63,661 nt of DNA from an uncultured Lachnospiraceae bacterium (GTDB taxonomy: Bacteria; Bacillota; Clostridia; Lachnospirales; Lachnospiraceae), in contig CAJUHN010000001.1 in assembly GCA_910585935.1 (NCBI GenBank), forward strand, positions 1-63,661. The letters are read 5' to 3'. A model generated the notes under the pieces. It ran no database searches, was not told the DNA's origin, and saw only the letters and a program-made list of their open reading frames with translations. Made by a program: the position numbers and the translations under genes. Of this stretch, positions 47,333-57,106 are shown piece by piece. Position 1 is the first letter of the stretch. Each line of letters opens with the position of its first letter.

Positions 47333-49921
47333 ATGAAGATAAAACATAAATTAAAAGGACAGTATATTCTCTATTTACTTTCCTTTCTCATTCCTGTTTG
47401 TATTCTTATTATCCTTTATATTTTACGAGGTATTTATCCTTTTGGAAAACAATGTTTTCTAAGAAGTGATATGTATCACCAATACGCTCCTTTTCTGGCA
47501 GCTTTTCAGGAAAAATTAAAGACAGGCGGAGATTTGACCTATTCTTGGGATATCGGAATGGGAATTAATTTCACTGCTCTCTATGCTTATTACTTAGCCA
47601 CACCCATTAACTGGATACTGATTTTATTCTCTCAAAAACATTTGATAGAACTTATGAGTATTTTTATTATTTTTAAAATAGGGCTTTCTGGTTTTACTTT
47701 TTCTTATTATCTCTCTCACCATTTAAAAAACAAAAGCCCTTATATTGCAGCTATTTCTATCTTTTATGCTCTATCTTCTTATATCTGTGCTTATAGTTGG
47801 AATCTGATGTGGCTGGATTGTATTTGGCTCTTTCCTCTTATTATGCTCGGATTAGAACGATTGATAAAAGAAGGAAAATGTGTTCTTTATTGTATTACTT
47901 TAGGACTTTGTATTCTCTCTAACTATTATATTTCTATTATGGTTTGTATTTTCTGTGTATTATATTTTATAGTAGAGATGATCGCCCAAAAAGATTTTCA
48001 TGAATGGTGGAAGAAATGTTTGCGTTTTGCACTCTATTCTGCACTCGCAGGAGGGTTTGCCGCATTTTTATTGATACCAGAGTTTTTCGCTCTTCAGTTG
48101 ACAGTTTCTGGAGATATGAATTTTCCTAAGAACTTAACTCGTTACTTCTCTATCTTAGAAATGTTATCCAGACAGTTGATGTTAGTAGACCCTGCTGTAT
48201 TTTCTGCTCATGAACCTAATATTTATTCTGGTATTTTTGTATTTTTACTCGTTCCATTGTATGCTTTAAATCCTAAAGTCAATACAAAAGAAAAAATCGG
48301 AAAATTTGTATTATTATTTATCTTTTATTTGAGTTTCAATTTAAACATTCCTAATTATATTTGGCATGGCTTTCATTTTCCAAATAGCCTTCCCTGCAGA
48401 CAGAGTTTTATTTATACGTTTCTGATTCTGACGATGACATATGAAGGATTTTTGTATGTAAAACGAGCCTCAAATAAAGAGATTTATTCTATTTTCGGAG
48501 TTATTATCATCTTATTCTTAATCATTGAGCAGATATTTTCCGGAGATAAATATTCTTATAGTATTGTTTATGTGAGCATTTTATTCCTCTCTCTTTATGG
48601 TATCGTGTTTGGATTATATCGAAATCGGACAATTCGATCTATTTTTTGTTGTATCCTATTCTTTTCCATCACTATACTAGAAGCATTTGTGAACACCAAT
48701 AAAACCAGTGTAAACACAACAGGAAGAACCTCTTATGTGAGTGATAATGAAACGATTTCCAATATTTTAGAGTATATAGAAGAAAATGATACTTCCTTTT
48801 TCCGTGTAGAAAAGTTAAAACGCAGAACAAAGAATGACAGTGCTTGGCATCATTATCATGGGGTTTCTTTATTTTCTTCTACTGCAAATGCAGGGTTGAG
48901 CAAATTTTTAAGTAATATGGGATGTGAAGAATCCACAAACTCTTATTCCTACTATGGTTCTACTCCTATAACAGAGGGTATGTTATCTGTAAAATATCTA
49001 TTAAGCAATAATATTATAGAAGATACTCCTCTCAGAGAAATGTTTGTCTATGAGGATTCTATTTATTTATATAAAAATAATAATATCCTCCCATTGGGTT
49101 TTTTAGTTCCTAATACATTGGAAGAAGAATGGGTGATGGACAATTCAAACCCATTTTATGTACAAAATAATTATGCAGAACTGACCACTGGTATTTCTCC
49201 TATTTTCTCTGCAATGGACTATAGTACTTCAGAAAACAGTATGGATATTTATGTAGAAAAAGATCAGAATGTTTATGTTTATATCACATCAGAAGGAGAA
49301 GATTTCATCGCTAATTATTATGATGGAAATGGGATAGAGTTAGAGGAAATGGAAGCTTCCACTTTCAATGGAGTAAAGCATAAATATATCATGGACTTAG
49401 GATATTGTAAAGCTGGAACTACAATCACTCTCTCCGCTACTGGACAAAATTCTATCCATGCCTATGTTTATGGTTTAAATTTAGATAATTTCAAACATTA
49501 TCATGAAATTATGGCAAACCAAGTAATGGAAGGAATTAGTTATGATGATACACACGTCAAAGGAAAAGTAACCGCACAAGAAGATATGCTTTTATTTACT
49601 TCTATTATTTATGAAAAAGGCTGGACAGCAAAAGTAGACGGAAAAGAGGTAGAAGTTCTTCCATTTAAAGATGCCTTTGTTTCTATTCCTATATCGGCTG
49701 GAACACACACGATTGAATTATCTTATACTCCTTATGGATATAGTATAGGTATTTTGATTTCCCTTTTGAGTTTGAGTATTTTTGTAATGATTTGCATCTT
49801 TAAAGCTTCTAAAAACCGAAAAAAAGAGAAAAAACAAGTAGAAATATTGGAAGAGGAAGAAGTAGTAGATGAAGATGAAGAAATAGAACAAGAAACAGAC
49901 GAAACAACAGATACTTTATGA
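47333..49921 (+). CDS. YfhO-family polytopic membrane glycosyltransferase
   Basis: 862 aa. Many N-terminal TM helices, an extracytoplasmic C-terminal domain, a final TM and an acidic tail. Gene order is GT2-GtrA-YfhO. Confidence 0.8.
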   Translation: MKIKHKLKGQYILYLLSFLIPVCILIILYILRGIYPFGKQCFLRSDMYHQYAPFLAAFQEKLKTGGDLTYSWDIGMGINFTALYAYYLATPINWILILFSQKHLIELMSIFIIFKIGLSGFTFSYYLSHHLKNKSPYIAAISIFYALSSYICAYSWNLMWLDCIWLFPLIMLGLERLIKEGKCVLYCITLGLCILSNYYISIMVCIFCVLYFIVEMIAQKDFHEWWKKCLRFALYSALAGGFAAFLLIPEFFALQLTVSGDMNFPKNLTRYFSILEMLSRQLMLVDPAVFSAHEPNIYSGIFVFLLVPLYALNPKVNTKEKIGKFVLLFIFYLSFNLNIPNYIWHGFHFPNSLPCRQSFIYTFLILTMTYEGFLYVKRASNKEIYSIFGVIIILFLIIEQIFSGDKYSYSIVYVSILFLSLYGIVFGLYRNRTIRSIFCCILFFSITILEAFVNTNKTSVNTTGRTSYVSDNETISNILEYIEENDTSFFRVEKLKRRTKNDSAWHHYHGVSLFSSTANAGLSKFLSNMGCEESTNSYSYYGSTPITEGMLSVKYLLSNNIIEDTPLREMFVYEDSIYLYKNNNILPLGFLVPNTLEEEWVMDNSNPFYVQNNYAELTTGISPIFSAMDYSTSENSMDIYVEKDQNVYVYITSEGEDFIANYYDGNGIELEEMEASTFNGVKHKYIMDLGYCKAGTTITLSATGQNSIHAYVYGLNLDNFKHYHEIMANQVMEGISYDDTHVKGKVTAQEDMLLFTSIIYEKGWTAKVDGKEVEVLPFKDAFVSIPISAGTHTIELSYTPYGYSIGILISLLSLSIFVMICIFKASKNRKKEKKQVEILEEEEVVDEDEEIEQETDETTDTL

Positions 49922-49942
49922 GATAAGTATGTTTGCAGAACA

Positions 49943-50108
49943 CTTTGACCAAAGGTTCGCACGGCAAGAAATTTTCCAACGAAGCCGCGCTTTCGCTCCG
50001 TTCCAGACGTAACGGTACTAAATTCGCAGCCCCTAACAGGACTGCTCATTAAGTGCCAACGTCTTCCAAGGGGCTTCTTTTGGAATAATTTCTTGCCTTA
50101 GCTAGTTT
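49943..50108 (+). repeat. Structured intergenic repeat, copy F4 (starts 22 nt after the yfhO stop)
   Basis: CTTTGACCAAAGGTTCGC ... GCTAGTTT. The 5' flank matches that of F1, and the apical hairpin is GCAGCCCCTAACAGGACTGC. Confidence 0.9.
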
Positions 50109-50261
50109 ATTCGTTATTCTAGAGAAAAAATATATTATTTCTTGTTGGATTTTTTAATTATTTTATAGACTTATAAAAAAATATAAATATTATTTCAAAT
50201 ACTGTTTCTACTTGAATTTTTTAATTTTTTATCAAAACTGCTTTTTTGTAGAATTATTAAC

Positions 50262-50421
50262 AAACTAGCCCCTGTAAGCACCTATTCCAAAAGAAACCCC
50301 TTGGAAGACGTTGGTACTTAATGAGCGGTGCGGTGACGCGCCGAGAATTTAGTACCACTACGTCTGGAACGGAGCGGGAGCGCGGTTTCGTTGGAATAGG
50401 TGCTTACAGGGGCGAATCTTT
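50262..50421 (-). repeat. Structured intergenic repeat, copy R4; forms doublet 4 with F4
   Basis: AAACTAGC ... GCGAATCTTT. The outer helix GCCCCTGTAAGCACCTATTCC / GGAATAGGTGCTTACAGGGGC pairs 21/21. The apical variant is unique: CGGTGCGGTGACGCGCCG. Confidence 0.9.
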
Positions 50422-50527
50422 TTATCAAAATGATTTGCAAGATATCTTATATACTTAAACTTTGTATTCGTTAGATTTTTATGAAATAAGAATGTATTTT
50501 AATTTACTTATAAAAGGGAGGTTTCAA

Positions 50528-51511
50528 ATGTCTATAAAAGTATCTGTCATTATTCCTGTATATAATTCTGAAAAAACATTAGTTTCCTGTATTGGAAATT
50601 TGGTTCATCAAACATTAACTGACATAGAATTATTATTTGTAAATGATTGTTCCACAGATAATAGTCTTTCTATTTTAAAAAATTGTTCTTCTCAATTCCC
50701 TGATATCGTACATGTTCTTTCTACTCAAGAAAATTTAGGAGCAGGTGGAGCGCGTAATTTAGCTTTAGAAATCGCTAAAGGTGAATATATTGGCTTTGTA
50801 GATAGCGATGATTTAGCAGATACTACCATGTTTGAAAAACTTTATCAAATGGCTGTTTCTGAAAATTATGATATCGTTGATTGTGGTTTTTATTACCAGA
50901 GTAAAGATATAAGTATTCTCTATACTGCAGATGAAGACACACACTTCTTAACAGATACTAAGAGGAATCATTTAATTTGTGGCGGAGGTTATTTATGGAG
51001 CAAATTAATTCGCAGAGAATTGATAGAAAAATATCATTTGCGATTTCGAGAGCATGTTATTTTAGAAGATATGGATTTTCTTATGTATTTATTCGCAGTT
51101 TCTTCTAATATCGGAAATTTGCATGAGGTTCTATATATATATAAAGATTCTCCTTCTTCTGCTTCTAAAGAAAAAGATATGGAAAAGTATTGTAATAATA
51201 TTATGCAGGCTATGAGAGCTATTTATGAAAAGATGCATATACTTCTAAACTATTCCAACATAAAATTATCTGTAGAATATAGTATAATACAATTATATTC
51301 CTATGGTATTAATTGTTGTTTAAAGTATCGTCGTTCCAATAATACTTCTCTTATTTTAAAATATCTTTCTCAATTACGCCATTTAAAAAGAGATTATATT
51401 TCTATAGATTATAAAAATAATCCATATGTGCAAAAAAAGATTCCAGATTTAGATCAAAAATTGATGCAAAAAAATGATATCGATCCTCATATTTTGGTAG
51501 AAAACTCATGA
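50528..51511 (+). CDS. Family 2 glycosyltransferase
   Basis: MSIKVSVIIPVYNSEKTL, VNDCSTDNS and DSDD blocks. I placed the start at 50528 after AGGGAGG; the ORF track start is 50462. Confidence 0.8.
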   Translation: MSIKVSVIIPVYNSEKTLVSCIGNLVHQTLTDIELLFVNDCSTDNSLSILKNCSSQFPDIVHVLSTQENLGAGGARNLALEIAKGEYIGFVDSDDLADTTMFEKLYQMAVSENYDIVDCGFYYQSKDISILYTADEDTHFLTDTKRNHLICGGGYLWSKLIRRELIEKYHLRFREHVILEDMDFLMYLFAVSSNIGNLHEVLYIYKDSPSSASKEKDMEKYCNNIMQAMRAIYEKMHILLNYSNIKLSVEYSIIQLYSYGINCCLKYRRSNNTSLILKYLSQLRHLKRDYISIDYKNNPYVQKKIPDLDQKLMQKNDIDPHILVENS

Positions 51512-51610
51512 AAGATTTCTCTTGATTTTCCTACTTGTACATTTTCTATTTTGTGTTATAATGAATCCAATAACTTTGTTAAAACAATATCAATCTGAAG
51601 GAGATTCACT

Positions 51611-53065
51611 ATGGAGGAAAGAAATTTAACACTATTGACAGATTTATATGAATTGACTATGATGCAGGGCTATTTCAAAAATCAGACAAATGAAACTGTA
51701 ATTTTTGATGCCTTTTATCGTACAAATCCCAGTGGAAGTGGGTATGCGATTGCAGCGGGTTTAGATCAGGTGATAGATTATATTAAAAATTTACATTTTT
51801 CAAAAGAGGATATTTCTTATTTAAAAAGTCTTTCTTTATTTGAAGATGATTTTTTGGAATATCTGTCTGATTTTAAATTCACAGGGAGCATTTATGCTAT
51901 TCCAGAAGGCACTGTAGTTTTTCCTAGAGAACCATTAGTGAAAGTGATCGCCTCTGCGATGGAAGCTCAATTAGTAGAAACTGCTATTTTAAATATTATC
52001 AATCATCAGAGTTTAATCGCTACAAAAGCTTCTCGTGTTGTATATGCAGCGCAGGGAGATGGAGTTATGGAATTTGGTCTGCGCCGTGCTCAAGGACCAG
52101 ATGCGGGCACTTGGGGAGCTAGAGCTGCTATGATCGGAGGTTGTATTGGTACATCTAATGTACTCGCTGGACAGCTTTTTGATGTGCCTGTAAAGGGAAC
52201 ACATGCCCACAGTTGGATCATGAGTTTTCCTGATGAATATACTGCTTTTAAAAAATATGCAGAAATCTATCCAGATGCTTGTTTATTATTAGTGGATACT
52301 TATGATACTCTAAATTCAGGTGTTCCTAATGCTATTCGAGTATTTACGGAAATGAGAGAAGCTGGTATTCCCCTCACTCTTTATGGAATCCGATTGGATA
52401 GTGGAGATCTAGCTTATTTATCAAAAGAAGCTAGAAAGATGTTAGATGAAGCTGGATTTTCAGATGCTGTAATTTCTGCTTCCAGCGATTTAGATGAATA
52501 CCTAATTGACAGTTTAAAAACACAAGGGTCTGCTATTACTTCTTGGGGAGTCGGTACAAATTTAATCACTTCTAAAGATTGTCCTGCTTTTGGCGGTGTG
52601 TATAAATTAGCGGCTATCAAAGATAAACATACAGGAAAGTTTATTCCTAAAATCAAACTTTCTGAAAATACAGAAAAAATAACAAATCCTGGAAATAAGA
52701 CTATTTTTCGATTATATGAAAAAGAAACTGGAAAGATAAAGGCAGATCTGATCGCTCTTGTAGGTGAAAAATTTGATAGTAACTATTCTTTGTTGATTTT
52801 CGATCCAATTGAAACTTGGAAAAAAACATTATTAAAACCTAATACTTATACTATTAGAGAATTGATGATTCCTATTTTTATAGATGGTGAATGTGTTTAT
52901 ACTTCTCCAAAAGTTATGGATATCCGAAAGTATTGTATGCAGGAATTAGATACTCTTTGGGATGAAACTAGACGTTTGGTAAATCCTCATAAAGTTCATG
53001 TGGATTTATCTAACGAACTTTATCAAATAAAGAAACAACTTTTAGATTCTTTTCATCAATCTTAA
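51611..53065 (+). CDS. pncB: Nicotinate phosphoribosyltransferase
   Basis: LLTDLYELTMMQGYF N-terminus and EFGLRRAQG block; 484 aa. Confidence 0.9.
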   Translation: MEERNLTLLTDLYELTMMQGYFKNQTNETVIFDAFYRTNPSGSGYAIAAGLDQVIDYIKNLHFSKEDISYLKSLSLFEDDFLEYLSDFKFTGSIYAIPEGTVVFPREPLVKVIASAMEAQLVETAILNIINHQSLIATKASRVVYAAQGDGVMEFGLRRAQGPDAGTWGARAAMIGGCIGTSNVLAGQLFDVPVKGTHAHSWIMSFPDEYTAFKKYAEIYPDACLLLVDTYDTLNSGVPNAIRVFTEMREAGIPLTLYGIRLDSGDLAYLSKEARKMLDEAGFSDAVISASSDLDEYLIDSLKTQGSAITSWGVGTNLITSKDCPAFGGVYKLAAIKDKHTGKFIPKIKLSENTEKITNPGNKTIFRLYEKETGKIKADLIALVGEKFDSNYSLLIFDPIETWKKTLLKPNTYTIRELMIPIFIDGECVYTSPKVMDIRKYCMQELDTLWDETRRLVNPHKVHVDLSNELYQIKKQLLDSFHQS

Positions 53066-53126
53066 TAATTATTTTTTATAGTTTTATAGCTGTTTTAGCT
53101 TAATATGTATTAAGGTTTTAGGTTTT

Positions 53127-53248
53127 GCTCAGGTTAGAGAACTATTTTAAAAGACGTTTTTAAAAATACATTAGCTTATCATTTTGTATTTATTATATAT
53201 TTTTTAGAACAAAGGCGTGATTTTATTCAAATAATTCCTAACCTGAGC
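53127..53248. repeat. 11-bp inverted repeat with 100-nt loop downstream of pncB
   Basis: GCTCAGGTTAG (53127-53137) pairs with CTAACCTGAGC (53238-53248), followed by TGTTTTT. Confidence 0.6.
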
Positions 53249-53352
53249 TGTTTTTACTATTCTAAGAAAAGGGGCTGCTTTTTAACATTCCTTCTAAATA
53301 AAAAACAGAATGATAATTTATTTTTTTAAATTTATGATGATAGGATGATATT

Positions 53353-54213
53353 ATGCGATTAGAAACGAATCAACTGACAGAACAACAAAAAAAAGAAATA
53401 TATGAACTTGTCACTATCTGTAATAAAACAGATCGTTTACATGGCAATGCTTTTTTAGAGCAAGAACTCAATGTTTATTCTGATGTTCCTTGCTTTTTTC
53501 TCTATTATGATAATAAAAATTTGGTCAGTTTTTTATCTCTTTTCTTTTCTTGTGTAAATGAAGTAGAAATTAGTGCTTATACTCACCCAGACTATCGCAG
53601 ACAAGGGCACTTTTCCAATTTATTGTGTTGTGCACTTTCCTTATTGAAATCTCTTCCTATAAAAAGAATTCTTTTTATGACAGAGCCTCATTGTAATCAT
53701 ACTATAAAAACATTATCTTCTCTTCATGCGAAATATCTATATTCTGATTACTCTATGACATTATTTCGGAATTGTCCTTATATACTTTCTGAACTTGACT
53801 TTTCTTTATCACTTGCTAATGAAGAAGATTTCAAAGTTTTAAGTTCTATTCATTCAGAAGCTTTTGGAGTAGAGAAAAATATCTCGAAAGATTTCGTGCT
53901 TGATATTTTCTCGCAAGATTCTGTTCTTTGTTATAAATTTTTATTAAAAAATAATATAATTGGATTCTGTAATGTCCTACAAAATGCTTCTTCTATTTTT
54001 CTTTTTGGAATTTGTATTAAAAAAAGAGTTCAAAATCAGGGATATGGGGGAATTATGATGAAATTTTTATTAAATGATTTACTATTATTAAAAAAATCTA
54101 TCACTCTTCAGGTGAATAGTCTTAATATACCCGCACTTCATCTATATCAACGGCTCGGTTTCTCTTCTACCATATGTTTTGACTCTTATTCTATAGAAAA
54201 TAAATGTTTCTAA
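53353..54213 (+). CDS. Tandem GNAT-fold N-acetyltransferase
   Basis: Two acetyl-CoA-binding type blocks, YRRQGHFSNLL and QNQGYGGIMM. Confidence 0.6.
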   Translation: MRLETNQLTEQQKKEIYELVTICNKTDRLHGNAFLEQELNVYSDVPCFFLYYDNKNLVSFLSLFFSCVNEVEISAYTHPDYRRQGHFSNLLCCALSLLKSLPIKRILFMTEPHCNHTIKTLSSLHAKYLYSDYSMTLFRNCPYILSELDFSLSLANEEDFKVLSSIHSEAFGVEKNISKDFVLDIFSQDSVLCYKFLLKNNIIGFCNVLQNASSIFLFGICIKKRVQNQGYGGIMMKFLLNDLLLLKKSITLQVNSLNIPALHLYQRLGFSSTICFDSYSIENKCF

Positions 54214-54393
54214 TATGCTTTTATATTATGAAAAATTATTTAAATACGATCTATTCACTAACTTTTTTGAATATTATAACGAAAAGGCTAAATAATAATA
54301 AGTTTAAGTTATCAACATTTTTTTAATAATTGACATTATCTTCTTATTATTATACAATAACAATTAAGGAATTTTATAAAAGGAGGCTATTTT

Positions 54394-55155
54394 ATGGGTA
54401 AATTAGATGGCAAAGTTGCTATTATTACTGGTGGAGGCAGAGGTATTGGATATGGAATCTCTACTGCATTCGCAAAAGAAGGGGCTAATTTAGTTTTGAC
54501 AGGAAGAACTCTTGCAACATTAGAAAAAGCAAAAGAAGAACTAGAAAAGGCATATGGAATTGAAGTTTTAGTTGTTACAGCAGATGGAGGAAATGAAGAA
54601 GCTGTCAATAATGTTATTCAAAAAGCAGTTGAAAAGTTTGGTCGTATTGATACTGTTGTCAATAATGCTCAAGTTTCTAAATCAGGAACTATGTTAGCAG
54701 ACCATACAAAAGAAGATTTTGATGTGGCAATTTATTCTGGTCTATATGCTACCTTCTTTTATATGAAAGCAGCTTTCCCATATTTAAAAGAGTCAAAAGG
54801 TTCTGTGGTTAATTTCGCATCTGGAGCAGGATTATTTGGCAGATTAGGACAATCTTCTTATGCGGCAGCAAAAGAGGGAATTCGTGGAATGTCCAGAGTC
54901 GCTGCTGCAGAATGGGGACCATATGGAATTAATGTTAATGTTGTATGTCCACTCGCTATGACAGAGGGATTGGAACAATGGAAGGAAGAACATCCTGATT
55001 TATTTGAAAAGACAATTCAGGGTATTCCTCTTGGACGTTTTGCAGATCCGGAAAAAGATATCGGACGTGTTTGTGTGTTCTTAGCTTCTGATGAAGCCAG
55101 CTATGTAACAGGAGAAACTATTACACTTCAAGGCGGAAGCGGATTAAGACCATAA
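54394..55155 (+). CDS. Classical SDR oxidoreductase (FabG-like)
   Basis: GKVAIITGGGRGIG, NNAQ and SYAAAKEG (YxxxK). Confidence 0.8.
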   Translation: MGKLDGKVAIITGGGRGIGYGISTAFAKEGANLVLTGRTLATLEKAKEELEKAYGIEVLVVTADGGNEEAVNNVIQKAVEKFGRIDTVVNNAQVSKSGTMLADHTKEDFDVAIYSGLYATFFYMKAAFPYLKESKGSVVNFASGAGLFGRLGQSSYAAAKEGIRGMSRVAAAEWGPYGINVNVVCPLAMTEGLEQWKEEHPDLFEKTIQGIPLGRFADPEKDIGRVCVFLASDEASYVTGETITLQGGSGLRP

Positions 55156-55408
55156 AGTCTTTTTAGAAAAAAAGGGATATTTCTTAATATTATATTATTA
55201 GGAAATATCCTTTTCTATGTTATTGATATCTTTTTTATAAAATAATTTAATATATTATATCAATAGTACTATAAAGATGTTGTAATAATATTATATAGTA
55301 AAATTCTGGACATTTTTAGAAAATTATAGAACATTTAGAAAATAAAGAAAACTCCTGAAAATACTAGACTTTCTGGAGTTTTTAAATCTTTTTGAAATTG
55401 TTATAAAA

Positions 55409-55801
55409 TTATCTCTTAGAAAATTGAGGCGCACGACGAGCTGCCTTTAAGCCATATTTCTTTCTTTCTTTTGCTCTTGGATCTCTTGTTAAGAAACCTG
55501 CTTTTTTCAGAGTTGGACGATAATCTCCATCTGCCTGTAATAGAGCTCTAGAAATACCATGTCTAATAGCTCCTGCTTGTCCTGTAAAACCACCGCCATG
55601 AACATTAACAAGTACATCAAATTTATCTGAAGTTTCTGTCAATACTAAAGGTTGACGAACAATAACTTTTAAAGTTTCAAGACCAAAATATTCATCCATA
55701 CTTCTTTTATTAATTGTAACATTTCCCTTACCAGGTACTAAATATACTCTAGCAATACTTTTCTTTCTTCTGCCTGTTCCATAAAATTTTGCACTAGCCA
55801 C
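55409..55801 (-). CDS. rpsI: 30S ribosomal protein S9
   Basis: [15 protein letters not shown] ... [19 protein letters not shown] ... RRAPQFSKR. Confidence 0.95.
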   Translation of the reverse strand: MASAKFYGTGRRKKSIARVYLVPGKGNVTINKRSMDEYFGLETLKVIVRQPLVLTETSDKFDVLVNVHGGGFTGQAGAIRHGISRALLQADGDYRPTLKKAGFLTRDPRAKERKKYGLKAARRAPQFSKR

Positions 55802-55826
55802 TGTAATTTCCTCCTTCCATTTTCAC

Positions 55827-56255
55827 CTAAAATGTTAATACTTCTGGCTTTTGAGCTTCATGAACATGCTCTGGTCCAGCATACACATGTAACTTTGTAA
55901 GCATCTGTCTGCCTAAAGGTCCTTTTGGAAGCATTCCCTTTACAGCAAGTTCCATTACTTTTTCTGGTTTCTTTACAAGTAATTTTCTTAAAGTGATTTC
56001 TTTCATACCACCTACATATTCAGAGTGACTATAATAGATTTTCTGATCTAATTTCTTACCTGTCACCTTAATTTTATCTGCGTTAATCACAATTACATGA
56101 TCACCTGTATCAATATGAGGAGTAAAAATAGGTTTATTCTTTCCTCTTAATATCTTTGCAATTTCAGAAGACAAACGTCCTAATGTATGTCCTGTAGCAT
56201 CTACTACATACCATTTTCTTTCAACCTTCTCTGTACTGGCCATAAAACTCTTCAT
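55827..56255 (-). CDS. rplM: 50S ribosomal protein L13
   Basis: [35 protein letters not shown]. Confidence 0.95.
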   Translation of the reverse strand: MKSFMASTEKVERKWYVVDATGHTLGRLSSEIAKILRGKNKPIFTPHIDTGDHVIVINADKIKVTGKKLDQKIYYSHSEYVGGMKEITLRKLLVKKPEKVMELAVKGMLPKGPLGRQMLTKLHVYAGPEHVHEAQKPEVLTF

Positions 56256-56794
56256 CGGTTTCTGCTACTAAAAACATGTACAAATAGATACATGATAGAT
56301 GAAATAAATCTCATGATACTGCTTCCTCGTGTATACTTTCATAATCATTTTTGATTTACTAATCACAAACTCTTATACACTCCACAGTCATAATTTCCCG
56401 ACTGAACATCGGTACTTTACCTATTCATACTATGATAGGCTTCATCTATATTTTAGCTTTTCCTTTCCTAAATTTTATTTTTCTTTACCCTTAGTTTTTA
56501 GGGCTTTACTACGGAATTTTAGGTGCTTTTGAGTATATTCACTCCCTATTTTTCCTATTCTTAATTATATAAAATTTCAACAATAAAATAACATTTATGA
56601 TAAAATACTTCTACCGGGGCTTTGGCTTGAGTATTTCATTTCTTATTATTATATAATACATACAGTATAGTATTATATAATATTTATTCATATATGTCAA
56701 CCATTTTTTCTATAATAAACACAATAAAAGTAACAGTTCAGACTTTTTATTTCTTATTGCAAAATTCGCTTTTCAAAAAGTAGAACCATCAACA

Positions 56795-56964
56795 AACGAG
56801 CGAAGGCAAGGAAGTATTCCATAAGAAGCCCCTTGGAAGACGTCGGCACTTAATAAGCAAACCCGCAAGAAGCAGGATTTGCGAATTTAGTGTCCGTTAC
56901 GTCTGGAACGGAGCGAGAGCGCGGTTTCGCTGGAATACTTCCTTGCCACAGCGAACCTTTGATG
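56795..56964 (-). repeat. Structured intergenic repeat, copy R5 (solo) between truA and rplM
   Basis: AAACGAGC ... GCGAACCTTTGATG. The outer helix is GGCAAGGAAGTATTCC / GGAATACTTCCTTGCC. The apical hairpin CCCGCAAGAAGCAGG is related to that of F2. Confidence 0.9.
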
Positions 56965-57106
56965 TTCAAATAGACTAAACTGTTACTAATAAAGTAACCA
57001 TTCCACCTTTTTATTCTATAAATATTATAATATTCACTTTTCAAAAAGTAGAAAAATCTATAGTTATAAATACCTTCTATTATTTAACATTATTAGTAAA
57101 ATTTCG

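Noticed and set aside
56256-56560. Possible ribosomal protein L13 leader RNA upstream of rplM
   Set aside because: A 300-nt untranslated region exists, but I could not identify the conserved leader structure by eye. It needs a covariance-model search.
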